This document shows, in pieces, positions 63,655-64,000 of a DNA stretch of 64,000 nt. This DNA is from Tubulanus polymorphus. Its lineage: Eukaryota > Animalia > Nemertea. Positions within the stretch are counted from its first letter, which is position 1, and every line of letters starts with the position of its first letter. The translations under genes were made by a program, and so were the position numbers. The notes under the pieces were generated by a model. The model was given only the letters and a program-made list of their open reading frames with translations. It was not told where the DNA came from and made no database searches. The stretch is taken from NCBI RefSeq assembly GCF_964204645.1, contig NC_134026.1, forward strand, positions 19,006,150 through 19,070,149, read 5' to 3'.

Positions 63655-63706
63655 CCCTCAGCAGGGATTCGAACCTGATGGCATCGCTACACTCAGCCAC
63701 GGCACG
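63655..63706 (-). mobile_element. Pol III (tRNA-like) SINE head
   Basis: Minus strand: A-box TGGCTGAGTG and B-box GGTTCGAATCC. Too short for a full cloverleaf. Confidence 0.5.
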
Positions 63707-64000
63707 AACCCCTGCCACAGTATATCGCGTGCGCAGGTATATGCGCAGCTTTGCCGCGCGAAAACTCGCGGCACCAATCAGATTGCTCGTTGTATAATCG
63801 CTGAGGTAGATTTCACAGAAGAACTATAAATAAACATGACTGTGTGTCCTGTTAGCCTGCTGTGTGCGGACTGGAGTACTGTGTGTCCTGTTTGCCTGCT
63901 GTTAGCGGGGTCTAGGGCTGCGTGCCCCGGAGTCTACTGTGTGTGGACTTGAGGCTTTGTACTAGAGGCTTTGTGCCTCGTAGGACTGTGTCCTGTTGCC

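Noticed and set aside
63655-63706. tRNA gene
   Set aside because: Has A and B boxes but lacks the length and arms of a cloverleaf, so it is treated as a SINE head. The same applies to ~62120-62198.
63836-64000. Short repeats ctgtgtgtcctgtt.gcc at the window end
   Set aside because: Truncated by the window edge; cannot tell satellite from transposon terminus.

Overview
AT-rich, intron-containing animal genomic DNA. The gene families and SINE/LINE types suggest a marine invertebrate, probably a lophotrochozoan (inference). Host genes were rebuilt by hand from GT-AG splice sites. They are: a 9-exon secreted CAP/CRISP protein with EGF and ShK domains (2117-5100, +); an unknown coiled-coil ORF (6307-6957, -); two tandem paralogues of a 90-aa single-LIM CRP/muscle-LIM protein (10130-20919 and 25239-32625, -), whose second introns are filled with transposons; a Methuselah/adhesion-like family-B GPCR (40388-46667, +); a head-to-head pair of secreted, possibly ependymin-related genes, of which the minus-strand copy is disrupted; and part of an unknown gene at the right end. 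Mobile DNA includes a BEL/Pao > L2 LINE > long-TIR DNA element nest, a near full-length CR1-group LINE with a chimeric ORF1 (RRM-like + CCHC + SGNH esterase), a Merlin-like relic, SINEs and MITEs. The most unusual object is a 2.96-kb element at 51750-54712. It has AGT...ACT termini, a perfect 6-bp TSD, ~345-bp TIRs whose outer 194 bp each fold into a long hairpin, an orphan AT-rich ORF and a 24-bp x ~48 array, and it sits inside a coding exon. All coordinates were read by eye and no database searches were run.
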